Below, piece after piece: positions 13,011-25,647 of a stretch of 64,000 nt of DNA. Position 1 is the first letter of the stretch. Every line of letters starts with the position of its first letter. The translations under genes were made by a program, and so were the position numbers. The notes beneath the pieces are model-generated. The model searched no databases, was not told where the DNA came from, and worked only from the letters and a program-made list of their open reading frames with translations. Origin of the DNA: Selaginella moellendorffii (taxonomy: Eukaryota; Plantae; Lycopodiophyta); assembly GCF_000143415.4 (NCBI RefSeq), contig NW_003314274.1, positions 1,127,788-1,191,787 of the forward strand, given 5' to 3'.

Positions 13011-14351
13011 CTATCCATCGTGATCGTCAGCTTTGATCTTCTCGTCTCGCACTTTCTTGAGCAGCTCCACCACTTTGATCATGCTGGGACGATTCTCGGG
13101 GCTCGTTTGCGAGCACCACTGAGCCACTTGAACGACCTGTTTGAGCTCCACCTCGTTGAAGTTCCCGCTGAGCTTTGGATCCGCGATATCATCCAGCCTT
13201 CCCTCGTAGATCATTGGAGTCGCCCACTCGACTATACTTTGCTTGACACTGCCGCTGCTCTTGACGTCGATACTGTCGCTGCTTGTGATCTTATCACCAC
13301 TGCTGCCGCTGTTGGTCTTATCACCGCTGCTGCTTTTGCTGTTCACGCTTTTCGCGCTCGCGGAAAATCCCTGCTTTTCCACTGGCTTTCTACCGCTCAC
13401 CAGCTCGAGGAGCAAAACTCCAAAGCTGTAAACGTCGCTCTTTTCTGACAGCTTACCATCCCCTGGAGTCGCGTGGTCCGGTGGAAAATACCCCATGGCC
13501 CCAGCATTTACAGTGCTCGTCTCTGGCACAAGCTCCGCGAATCCAAAGTCCGCTACCTGTGCTTCGAACTCCGCATTGAGGAGCACATTGCTGCTCTTCA
13601 AATCCCCATGGATGATGTGAGGCGTTGCGTGGTGGTGCAAGTACCTGGATAGATTCGTGCGAAACTTAGTTCTCAGTAGCAAAGGAAAAAGATGGAATCG
13701 AGAAACTTACGCTAGAGCTTCGGCAGAGCCAATGGCGATGTTCATCCTTCTTTCCCAGTCGAGGTTTGACTCCGCGGCCAAGTGTCCGTGTAAATGCGCT
13801 GACAAGCTTAAGTTCGGCATGTAGTTGTACACCAAAAGACGCTCTTTGCCTTCGGCGCAATAACCACGCAAGCTCAGTAAATTCTTGTGACGGACTCTTC
13901 CCAGGATCTCGACCTCCACAGCAAAGTCAATCTCTCGCTTGGAGCTCCACAGCTTTAGTCTTTTCACCGCAATCTGCCAAACACATTAATTTCGTCGCAG
14001 TGAATTCCCCCGCTATGAAGAAGGAAGAGTAAAGGTGTGAACTTTTCTTCTTTTCTTTGCGGCTTACTTGAGATCCATCCCAGAGTTGTCCCCAATACAC
14101 GCTGCCAAACCTTCCCTCCCCGAGTTTGTTGTCGTAATTGAAATTGTTGCTCGCGTTCTGGAGCTCCTTGAGCGAAAACAATCTCCACCCGGCATCCTGC
14201 GACCTGGAAGTGAAAGAGATCCAATCAAGTAGGAAATGAAGGACTCTGGCTTCCTCGTATCCAACACCAATCCAAAACGCGAGAGAGCTCGACAACAGAA
14301 GTACCTGTCGGCAGAGGTTCTAGCTCGAAAGCAGCTCTTGAAAAAGACCAT
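13011..14351 (-). CDS. Receptor-like cytoplasmic kinase (At3g15890/PTI1-like, RLCK-XV type), 4 exons, atypical catalytic and activation loops
   Basis: [74 protein letters not shown]. Confidence 0.92.
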
Positions 14352-15209
14352 CCTGCCGGATCCAGGCTTTTACAAGCTCCGGCTCCTCATTCTCCAATTC
14401 CCATTCATCGCCCTCTTCGAATTCCCAGCCGGAGGGATCTCTCTGTCCACGGAAGTTGACAGATCTGGTAAATCTTCCTGGAGCCAAAGGCATATAAGAA
14501 AGAAAGACGAGAAAGACGAAAGAAAGGAGAGAATGGGGCCAAACCCGAGAGACTGTTTGTGAGTGTAGTACCAGCGCATAGCTTCGCGGCGTCCTTGGCT
14601 AGACTTGGCGGGGGCGCCATCAAAGGCGCCACTAGAAAAGATAGAAATTAGGTGCCAAGCCAGTGTGGAAGACAGAGAAAAAGGGGGAAAGAAAGAGGGA
14701 AAAAAGCGGCAGATTTCTTACTTGACGCTGATGCCGTGACTGCCGTTCCCAGCGCGGATGCCGATGCAGCACCAGCCAGTCAATCTGCCGCGTCGTTCTC
14801 TTTTCCCCTCCATCGCCATCGCCATGTGAAATGCCAGGGCCCAGCCCTAAAATAAAAGTAAGAACCCTAATGTGCGATGACGTGGCAGAATGGTAGTTTC
14901 CATCAGATTAGAATTATAAATTTATCCAATTCTTAGCTTTTATTAATACTATTAAATTTATTAATCACATCTTTTCAAAAAACTCATAAACCATTTAATA
15001 TTGTTATGGTTTAGTATTTGTATTTATGAAATAAAATAGTATTATCCAATATACTTAAACAACTTCTCACTGCAAAATTTTACTGAAATATATTTAGTAT
15101 TATTTGATTTACAATTAAAATAAAATTTAAATTATATTGGATAAAAGATATATCACATAGGCTTTAATTTAAACACAAATACAAAGAAATTGATATTAGA
15201 AATATTAAT

Positions 15210-15226
15210 GCGCGCGCACACGCACA

Positions 15227-15266
<40 letters not shown>

Positions 15267-15267
15267 T
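15210..15267. repeat. Compound microsatellite (GC)n(CA)n(CT)n(CA)n
   Basis: gcgcgcgcacacacgcacactctctctc...cacacacacaca read directly. Confidence 0.9.
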
Positions 15268-15369
15268 TATACATTTTCCAAAAAAAAATTTCTTAGTAAT
15301 ATCAGAGAAATTCATTTCGTAACTCTTGAAACATGTAAATGTTATAACTATATCTGGTATATGTCTTAG

Positions 15370-16790
15370 ACGGGTGAAGCTTCGAGATTGTGGAGCTTCT
15401 TGCCGATAGCATCCGGAACCCGGCTTTCCATGAGTGGGAAATCAAAGAACAGGTACCAGAGGCATGTCCTCTAACAACGGTTTCACCAGCGAGAGCGTGC
15501 TTGGCGCCAGACCCAGCGAAAACCATCCGTGAAGCTGTTTAGTTTGCCTGCAAAATCTCCCTGCTGTTAGAAAAAATACAAGAATAACGAAAGCAGGAAG
15601 AGCACGCGAGTCAGTTTTTTCCAACGAGAACTCGCTTGCCACCAAGATGTCAGCCTGTGGATCCAATCAACCCCGTAAGAAGAAAAAGAAAAAAAGAGAA
15701 AGAAGTGGCACCTCCAGAGCCTGTGAAGTCCGAGTATGTTAGTGGCCAGTGGCGCCTTTCAAGCGAGAGTGATGTAAGAGTTTTTCCTTTCTTTCCTTTT
15801 TGCGTTTTCTCTTTGTTGGAAGTCTAAATGGATTTAACTCTTTCATTTTTAAGCAGACTACGTGGGTTTCTATCGCTTTTGAAATCCCTGGTGGGTGGAG
15901 AAGCGAACGCGATGCTGTTGCGGCAACTGTTTTATAGGTAAAGCTTCCCCTTCTTTCTCAAGTTTGCTGGAAGAAAATGTTTATGCTCAAACTTTGTGTT
16001 TCTTTATCTTGTTTCCGTCTTAGTTGGCTCGTTTTCAACCGGGGCCTGGGCAAGGGCATCCATTCCAGATTGTGTATGTATGAATCGTGGTTTGGTTTTT
16101 GTGTTCTTACTTAGTTTGGCACTGACGTCCAGATACTCCCGCTCTCACTGTCCATCCCAAGGCATAGAGAAACGAGAAATCACGAACCCGAGACTCGAGA
16201 TTCATCAAACAAGTGAAACGGTTGCATTCTTCATCGACTACAATGGAAAGAACGTTCATAGAGAAGTGAAAAAAAAGAGTTTCAAGTTGAGTACCTTCTC
16301 CAGGTTCTGCCACAGAAATAAGCTCGTCTGCTATAGCATCTACCAGTCCGTCTACAAACTTGTACTCCTAGATAAACAGCACAAACATGCGTTTGAGACA
16401 AATATTACTCAAGAGCTACTCACAGAAGATGCGTGGATCCCAAACGAGCCAGAGTCATTGTACACAGAAGTAAAAGCAGTAAAATTTTCTACATAGATGA
16501 ACTATATATGAATGAGGACATTGGTCGGCAAATTCTCACCTATGGTTGCAGGTTAGAGACTATGTAATTTGTAAATTGTTTTGTGAGCTTTTTATTTTTG
16601 GAGACAGGAAGCCTGCAAAAGAATTTATCAACGCAGTTCATGAGCAGTTTTGATGACCTATGTAAAGTTGCGGAGAAGATGGCTTGCTACGGCAACATAC
16701 AAATTTTTCATATTTCTATCAATTTAAAACCTTTCTCGCAGTTAAAAGGGTTCCTGTTCTCGACAAAGTCTCTTGGCGGTTTCAATAACA
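15370..16790 (+). pseudogene. Mitochondrial processing peptidase alpha subunit pseudogene (copy 1), with an internal inversion
   Basis: Exon remnants IVELLADSIRNPAFHEWEIKEQ, PEPVKSEYVSG, IAFEIPGGWRSERDAVAATVL*, GSFSTG and NEDIGRQILTYG, with stops and frameshifts. Block ~16173-16490 (NFTAFTSVYNDSG, LMNLESR) lies on the opposite strand. Confidence 0.85.
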
Positions 16791-16941
16791 TAGAGACTCA
16801 ATTAATAACGTTTAATAATAATTGATATTAATTCAGTTTTAACAAAAGTGATTTTGGTAGTGTATTAAAATTAATCTAAATTGAGTTAGATGAAAAGTAA
16901 TCTTATGACCCAGTCGTTTAGGGTTCTTGACGAAAGGAGCG

Positions 16942-18066
16942 ATGAGCAGCAGCAGCAGCGGTAAGTCACTTTGTGGTAGCTCTTTGTCCTGGAATCCTCC
17001 TTTTTTTCTGCAGGGAACTATATTGCACCTGGAGAGAATCGTCCGTCCGTCCCGATTCTTTACGTGGAGTGCACTCTGTCTGCATGGCCTCTTCCAGCGG
17101 GTGACTGGAAGAAATCTCTGGATGGCGCTTTTGGTTTTGCGGTGGATGCGGCAGCGAAACGTTTCAACCTGCGGAAGGAAGATCTGGAGGTCAAAATCAG
17201 TGATCCTAGCTACAAGAACTCGAGGCTGAAGCCTGAGGCATGGGCCAGACAGAACTACATCAGGGTTGTTCCCAAGCCAGACCAGGGACTGGAGGGCGCA
17301 AACACGAGACTCAAAGATCTGAACTCCAAGTTGATCCTGCAAGTCACCAACCAGAAAGAAGAGATCAAGAACACAAAGGACAAGCTTATGAAGGTGAACA
17401 AAGAGCAAGCTGAGAAAATCCAGGAGCTGCAGAAGGACTCAGGGGAGAGCCTTAAGGAGGAGAATACCAAACTCACGGAGAGAGTGGCAAAGCTCGAGGA
17501 GCAGCTGGAGGAGGAAACTTCGAAGCTGAAGCAAGAACTTACAGACCAGAGTCGTCAGCTTTCAGCCCAAGGCCGTGAACTCTCAGCATTGCGGCAGAGG
17601 TTATCTGCATTGCACATGGTCGAGCGAGTGCTTCTGCGAAAGCTCTGGGAGGCCGCTCGGGAGAAATGCGTGAGGCTTGCGAGAGAAGCAGATGTGGAGA
17701 TACCACTCGCAGCCGATGGAAAAATAAATTGGAATGAGTTTTTCAACATTCCAGGGTAAGTTTTTCTTTTTCTTTTTTTCTTATGTCAACTAATACTTAC
17801 TTGTGACTGTTATTTCTTTCAGAGTCGTGGCATTGTTAAACGATGCAGGGCTCACCGTGGGGCTCGAGTATGCCAGATCGATCCCGTGGCGTTTGCATGC
17901 TGGCATGCATCAAGTGGTGGATTCGGAGGAGGTGGTCGTGGACACAGTGCTGGAGCTGATGCCCAACGAGTTCTGGACCAAAATGGAAAACATTCTGGTG
18001 TTCGTCTATCCAGCAGCGCAAGTTTCTCTCCAAGCGGCCTTTGAGGCTGATGCTCCGACTGATTGA
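16942..18066 (+). CDS. Lineage-specific coiled-coil protein (copy 1 of 3), 3 exons
   Basis: Exons 16942-16960, 17014-17755 and 17823-18066 splice into one open frame (MSSSSSGNYIAPG...PLPAGDWKKSLDGAFGF...coiled coil...FVYPAAQ). Paralogues at 46936-48217 and 54728-56102. Confidence 0.8.
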
Positions 18067-18929
18067 CCTCTTATAAAATATTATCATATTACATTACATA
18101 AAAATGTTTACAATCACTTTTATTTTTTAATTTTATTTTTTTAAAGTTATATTATGTAAACATTTTTTAAAGTTATAAAATGAAACTAAAAGATTAAAAG
18201 ACCAATATAATTGAAGAATTTAGAGATATTTAACACTTGAAAAATATTTTTTTAATTTTAACTTAGAGGAAAAAAACTTTCATTGATTATTGAAGCATTT
18301 CAAAATTAAAAACTTTAGAAGTGGGTTTAGAATGCTAAACCCTTGGGGAAAAAAGTTGATGCTGTTGCATTTGCAATGATTAACATATATGTAAAAAACT
18401 CTTCATTACAATATAATACCTAATATTAGTGAATTTATTATTGTTAAAATATAAATAATTTTTTTGATTAATTTATGTATTTTTTTTGTTTTTTTTATGA
18501 TCTTGTTTTTAGTTATTATTGTTAGTATTCTCACAAAATTATATTACATTAAATAATCCTTCACAAGATGAGTGCAGGCAATAAAATATTTTTTCACCTG
18601 TTTAAAGCTTGTATGAATATATATAAATTTTAGCATGAGTAGAAAGATAATCACTATATTTAAGAATTTTAAAAATATTTTAATTATAACTAGAGATGGA
18701 TTCAGTATTATAATGTTTAAATCACAAAAATCACTTTAAACTATATTCACTAAATTATTAAAGTTTTATTAAATATTATACACATGTTAATATCAAATTT
18801 TATTTTAACATGTTTTTCTTAATTTTTATATTTGAAGTTCTCATTAGTAAAGATTTCTTCTGGTTTTATTTTCTTTAATAAATTTTCTTTTCAGAGTAAT
18901 TTTGTATTAAGTTCAATCAACTCTAAATC

Positions 18930-21900
18930 ATAAAGAAGGTGTGAGTACTTTGAATATAGAAAGGGAATATAAAAAATATGCATATCATGAAATGCCTCAA
19001 CCATAAATGTGGGATCATTATCTGAAAGAATCTACTTTGGACAAGGATGCTAGAACACCACTTAATTGAGGAGGAAGTATCCCATAGCAATTGCAGAGGC
19101 ACTAACAAGAGCACTAACCTCCACCTAACGAGTCAAGTAGTCAGAAGCAATAATAACATACTCATCGCTAGCAGTCGACCATGGAAAAGGTCCCATAAGA
19201 TTAAATGCCACCAACTTAAATGGATGGGAAATTGCAATTGATTCCAACCGTCCTTCCACAACACAAGAGGGAGTATTACGAGCTTGGCACTAAACGCAGC
19301 TATGCACATATTGGATAATATCATGTCGTATCTTCGGCTAATAGAAAGACCTGTATAACTTCTCGGTCACACGATGATGTTCTATATGCCCACCTAAAAT
19401 AAGAGAATCATGATAGGCATGAAGAAACCGTGGAATAAAGACAAAAGGCACCACTAGCCATAAAGGATCATTAGGATCCGTCCCTATAAAATAAAGAAGG
19501 CTATCTTTAAGGTGATATTAAGAATGTAAATGCCAGAATGGTAAGTCATCAACAAGTGATGCAGGATTTTCAAACCCATGTCGAAGCTTTCGAATCCATG
19601 GCTCAACCTTTTGAGCCTTGTGAACTTCATCAAGAGAAGGTAAATTTTGCTTTGCACCTTGTGGACACTAAACGTCAAGTACAGCAACCGTTGATGGCAT
19701 AGAATCCTCATCTTAAAAATCCATAGATGCCGGAACAATAGGTTCGTAAAAAATATGAGAAGAGAGTGGAGAAGGAAGAGGAGCTTGAGAAAGGGCATCA
19801 ACATCAGCCATAGAACTCCCTGAACGATGAACAACATCAAAATCATATATCTGAAGCTTCAAAGTTCACCAAGCAATATGATCAACTAAGTTTTTTCGCT
19901 TCAATAATGAAGTAATGGCAATATGATCACCTTTAAGTAACATATGAGAATTATGTAGATATACATGAAATTTCTCAAAACCCTAGACTACTACTAAACA
20001 CTTTTTCTCTATCATGGAGTAGTTCACCTCTGCTTGTTTTAATGTACGGTTTATATACACAATGGGATGGCACTAACCAAGCACACTTGGGCTCTCTTGC
20101 ATCAACACACCTCCAAAACTAATATCAAAAACATCCAAACGCAAAATAAAAGGTCGAGTGTAGTTAGGATACATTAAAACTAGAGGAGTTGTCAAGAGCT
20201 CTTTGAGATCCATGAACACCCACTCACAATCCAAAGACTAGATGAAAGATGACGTTGGTGACTTCAGCAACACTCGCAACGGTGTAGTGCGATCAGAAAG
20301 ATGATCCACAAAACAACCGAGATACTACACCTTGCCTAGGAAACGTTGCCCATCATTCACACACTTCAGAATAACGGACTTTAGAATAGCCACAAGTTTG
20401 TCATGATGAACTGCAAACCCTCACGAAAAATACATACCCATATAGTGTGTCTTTGGGACCCAAACACACACTTTGACCGCCTCAGTTTTAAACCAACATC
20501 CTGTAGTCGATCCAACACTTTACAAACATCACGAACGTGCTCTTTCTAAGTCCCCTCCGAGTGGATCAAAACATCATCAATGAAGTTAGCAGTCACCTCC
20601 GGCATATCACAAAGAACCTCGTCCATCATCTACTGGAAAGTTGCTGGAGCATTGTTCAAACCAAACGGCATTACCAAGAACTCGTACAAACCAAACGGTG
20701 TACGAAAAACAGTTTTAGGAATATCTTCTTCGGCCATCGGTACTTGCCAGTACCCAGAAGCAAGATCGAGCTTGGTGAACCAACAACTTTGCCCTAGACG
20801 ATCCAAGAGATTAGTAATGTGAGGAAGAGGGTACACATTTGGGATCATCACTTTGTTTAACGGACAATAGTCGATGCAAAAACAAATACTCCCATCAGAC
20901 TTTGTCACAAGATGAGGTTCACATGCCCAAGGACTTTGCGACTTCCGAATAACACCCTTCTCCAATATTTCCTTGACTTTTGCACGTAAAATCTTGATCT
21001 CTTTGGGTGACCGACGATGAACAGGAACCTTGATTGGACGAGCATCCTTAGTTGGAATCAGATGATGTGTGGCAATCTTGGCCCCAGATAATACATCAAA
21101 TTCAAAGAGATCAAAATACTCCTTCATAAGGCAGTCAACCACTACAGAACAAAGATGTTCGGAGGGATCAGAAAAGGGAAGAGCAAAACAAGACAGAAAT
21201 ATAGGAGGAAATAGTGGGGGGACAAAAATAATGGAAGCAGAGGTAAGAGTAAAGGGATGAAGAGGTATGAAAGTGAGAGAAATGGATAAAACATAAATAT
21301 AAGATAAGGGAGAGAAGCCTTAATGTCACATTTAGCATGATTGTGCTGTAACCAATCCATACCAAGGATGAGGTCAAAAGCTTGACTCGGCACCACCTGC
21401 AATAACTACAACCCAAGCTCAAGATCACCCACACGCACAATTAGGTCCACCTCATCCCGTGCACATGCATGTGTATGGCCGTTGCTATAAAAATGAAAAC
21501 TGGCTCTGCCGCATGACGCAAGTGTAGACAACAGCATGTGGCAACACATCGAGCAATAGAAGATAAACTCGAACTTGTATCAACCAACACGGAGACAATA
21601 ATAGGAGACCTCTTGTTATAAAAATGAGCTTGGAAAGTAAACATTGGATGCACTAGTGCTGAGTGAACCCTTTGATGATACTCTTAAAAGAAAGATGGAG
21701 GGGTTACTGACTTATTCGCGCAAGGTCCCTTTGTTATTCGCATGACTCCTCGTTTCCCAGATGTATCTCAGTGTCTAGACCTTCCACTGCAACAGCACCA
21801 ACAGGACGTTGTTGACGCCAAGGTCTCCACCCAAGAAATAGAAGTCGTCAATCTGGAAAATGCTGACAATACCAATAAATATGACTAACTTCATCACACG

Positions 21901-23018
21901 CCTAGCAGCGAATGTCACGGCCACAACCATGTCCTCCCCATTGTCCTTGGACTCGAGCAGCAGCAGTATCAACCTCCATTGGAACAAGACCATTGCTCAC
22001 AAGAAGTGGAGTAGAAGGACGTGCATCAAAAAGTGGAAGAAGTGATGTCTTATAACATTGTGCCAAGTGAAGAGTATCGTCAAGGGTGGCTGGAGCAAGT
22101 GCATGCACAAGTTTGACAAACTTTTGATGAAGTGCTGGCCACAACATTCCTAGCTTGATCCACTCCAACATATTTGGCTTCGCATGAAGCAAGAGGCTTC
22201 AGAAACGAACGCCAAATTACATCACCGACTCAGATGGCCTTTGACGAAGATGATGTAATTACTGGAAGGCATCATCACAATTATCAGCATGTCTGAATAT
22301 GCATTTGAAAACGTCTGGGAGAACACTCCAATCCCCCGAGTGGCTGCATTAAAACCATTGTACCACTGCAGCACCATCCCTTAGAGACACATGGGAAACT
22401 CACGCAAATGTCAAGCATCATCCCAAGAATGATATGTGGCAATCATTGTGAAGTGATTGAACCAATGGTACACATCATCCTTAAGATTCCCATGGAAAAA
22501 CTCCAGTCGAATGTGGGGATTGGCATTAAGAGAAAGGGGAGTTGTACCACGTGCCGTGAATGCCACCATCAATTGAGTTTGGTTGTTCAATTGCAATCAC
22601 ATAGCATTAAACAATTGCACCAACTGCTACTCCAGAGTCAAAAGAGGAGACTGTTGCTCTGCCATGAAGATGAATGAAAAGGAAAGAGCAAAAAAAGGGA
22701 CATAAGAAAAAATTAGAAGGAAAGGGAGATCTAGACAATGAAAAAGCTAGATCTAAACCAAAATCCTGAAAGGAAAAAACAAAAGAAAAGAAATGGAAAA
22801 AACTAGATCTAAATGATGCAAAAGTTAAATCTAAACTAAAATCCCAAATGCAAGCACTCCTCAGGGACAATGAAAGTTGCCCCTCACCTTCACAAATGTG
22901 AGTATTTAGAATATGGAAAGGGCATATAAAAAATGTGCATATCAATTAACTTAGCTTATATACAGAAATAAATGGTTTGGATTAAAACCAATCCAACGGC
23001 TACCAAAATTCCACTACA
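18930..23018 (-). mobile_element. Decayed Ty3/gypsy LTR retrotransposon (gag, protease, RT, RNase H, integrase remnants)
   Basis: RT: KSDGSICFCIDYCPLN...KLDLASGYWQVPM...VMPFGLNNAPATFQ (20630-21142). Protease VLVDTSS (~21570), gag (~21900-22600), integrase remnants (~19000-19400). Many stops. A TGTAGTGG at 23018 on the minus strand may be an LTR start. Confidence 0.9.
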
Positions 23019-24029
23019 CTAATATTAGTATATAGCATCGTAACCGTACACTTCCTCACAAAGGTAATATATTTTTTTTATAAAATATGATATGATAGGT
23101 TTTGTTAAAAGGTATCTATCTTAATAGTAGGAAAATGAGCCAATACAAAAGTACAAAAGGAGTGGAATGATGTTATATAAATTATTATTTCTATTGGAGA
23201 ATATATATATCTTTATATATGAGAAATTATGTGTGGAATCAGTATTCCCTCTATCTTTGATATGTTGCTCTAGCCAAAAGGCATAGCTATAGCAACTCTC
23301 CAAGTGACATCTGCTATAGGTTGATTGAGATTATGCATCACATACAACCAGTGCATTGCTGTGGAGAGTGAAATGCTTGATTGCATCAAAAACAAGCTAT
23401 ATAGCCTATTTGACTGTGTTCCAAGGTCGCACCAATACTAAGACAGGGTGCTACTAATCTTTGGCCTCTTTACAATGCCCCACAAACCTGAAAAGGGAGC
23501 TGGCTTATGGCCAAGCAACTTGGCATCACCATCTCATAAAAAAGCTGACTTTATCATCATACTTAGGTGGAGATGTAATACTTGGAAAATTACCTTGATC
23601 CCCTCTATATGAAGCACTTTCACCATTTACTTGAGCTCCAGCTATAGATCCACCTCCGTTAATGGCAAGCGGGCTCATCAGAGAGAAGAAGTTTATGGTT
23701 GAGTAGCCCCAAGTATTTACCTGTATAAAGGAATGAGTTTGTAGAAATCACCAGTGTTATGGACAGTATAAAGGAGGTGGATGCGGGATAAAGGTAGGTT
23801 ATGTTTTCCATTACTCCTCTGTCCTTCCTCTCTTGTCTTCCTGGCTAAGATGTCAATTGTTTCTCTTTTATGTATATATACTCTTGATTGGCTTTGAGAG
23901 ATCACATCGTGCTGAGAGTCTTAGCAGTTGTTTAGCAGTGATATGGAGCACACTTCACACAAATGAGGAGAGAGGGAATCTGTCCAAGAAGCTAAGGGAA
24001 ATTTTCGGGTGATTGGGGTTTTGGAGGAA

Positions 24030-24760
24030 GAGAGCATGGCATTATTGATTCTTCGCAATTGTGGGAAGAAGCGAGGGGCTACTGTACCAGAAGGATCTCC
24101 ATCTCAGTTTGAAACTTTTGAGGAGCCAGTCGACATTCCTCCAGTTCCTCTGGAAGAGTGACTAAGCAGGTTCATGGAGATAGGCATCTCACACCAGCAG
24201 GAGCTTAAAGATGCCATCAACACGATGAAGGGCATCCAAGAGGATGGAATGGCTTCCATCCAGGAGATCTGGAAATGGCAAGTAACACTAGAGAGGCGGG
24301 TGGATGGAGCTCAAGGGAACATCTTTGATGCATGTGCCGACCCAAGGACTCCTAGCTGACAAATGTCGATGGAACAAGAGGTCACACATGTTTGCAGTGG
24401 CATCCCAAAGATTCGATCCTCAAGATCAGCCACTTTCTTTGATCCACATGGTTTTCGCTTTGGAACATTGATGAGGGAGATGGAGGGGGTATGGTAAATG
24501 GAGTGCTGATTGGAGGATTTTTGTTGCCAAGGCATTCCATCCCTTTGAGGGATCATTAGCATGTTTGTAAGGTTTAGTCTTTTCCAGCATTCTAACATTT
24601 TTGTTTCCTCCAGCAAGAGTAGGTGTAAGAGTAGGAGTTGGAGCAAGAGTAGGAATAAGTGTAGGAGCAGGAGTAGGAAAAAGAGTAAGAGTTGGCATAG
24701 AAGAGGAGGAGCAAGAGTAGGAATATGTGCTTTAGGGTGTATCTTGGGATGTTGAAGGAG
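24030..24760 (+). mobile_element. Probable decayed gag 5' region of the + strand gypsy element that continues after 37501
   Basis: Coiled-coil-like ORF remnant 24174-24359 and an RS-rich tract 24614-24720, in the same orientation as the gag/pol remnants resuming after the DNA transposon. Confidence 0.4.
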
Positions 24761-24958
24761 TTACACTAAAGAAAATTTACTAACTAACTTATATTTATTT
24801 CCATTTTCAAGTTTGTTTATCTTTGTCATAAGCATTTTAGGCAACTTTAGGCAACTTGTGGATAAAGTAAAAGGTTCTAAACCATTTATTTTGGCCAAGG
24901 GCTTTTCTTTCTATGCTTTAGAAAAATTTATAGCCTTTCTGCTCATATTAGTGTAATT

Positions 24959-24982
24959 AAGCTCTATTTCGTTAAAGTGGGA
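24959..24982 (+). repeat. Left terminal inverted repeat
   Basis: Exact reverse complement of 37474-37497. Confidence 0.95.
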
Positions 24983-25647
24983 TTTATTCAGTAAAATGGG
25001 ACTAAGTACAAATTTTCAAGTATTTGAAAATGACGTGAAATTATATGTTTTTTGTCCAGGGGCTAGACATATCTGGGGCATGGTGACTAGCGCGGTGACT
25101 TTGTGTCCAGACTGAGTCCATCTGGTTGTATAATAAATCTCATTGTCAAGGTGAACAAGCCGAATCTGAAGCTAAAGAAGAGCGATGGCATGCGCGCACA
25201 CACTATTTGTTTGTTCATTGAGCGTGTGGTGAGCTTTCCAAGATGAACGTCATTCCTATTAGCCAGACATATAACTTAATGGTGAGAACATTTAGATATT
25301 ATTCAATGTTATCTTTTTCTAACGAATCTAATTGTGAAGGTGTAGCAAGAGGCATTGCTAGTCTAGAGAAGTCATTTAACTCATTTGACCCTTAGTGTAT
25401 TTTCATGAAACTAAATAACATTCATATTATTAAGGAATTTCTCTAGTACCTTTTTTTTACGACATAGAGGCTTGCATTTCTTTCAAAGGTGATTTAGTAA
25501 AAGGCCTGAGGGCACATGCCATTCTATTTCTCAGACCGGTATTAAGATATACTAGTGCAAAGGGCCACATGCCATCACGCCTCCTCTGATTCAGATTCGG
25601 ATTGTTCACCTTGAAATAAAATACATTAGAAACTTAGTAAAGGAATA

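Noticed and set aside
24614-24720. RS-rich (AGGAGT-like) tract as an SR-protein gene
   Set aside because: A low-complexity stretch inside decayed retroelement sequence; no RRM nearby.
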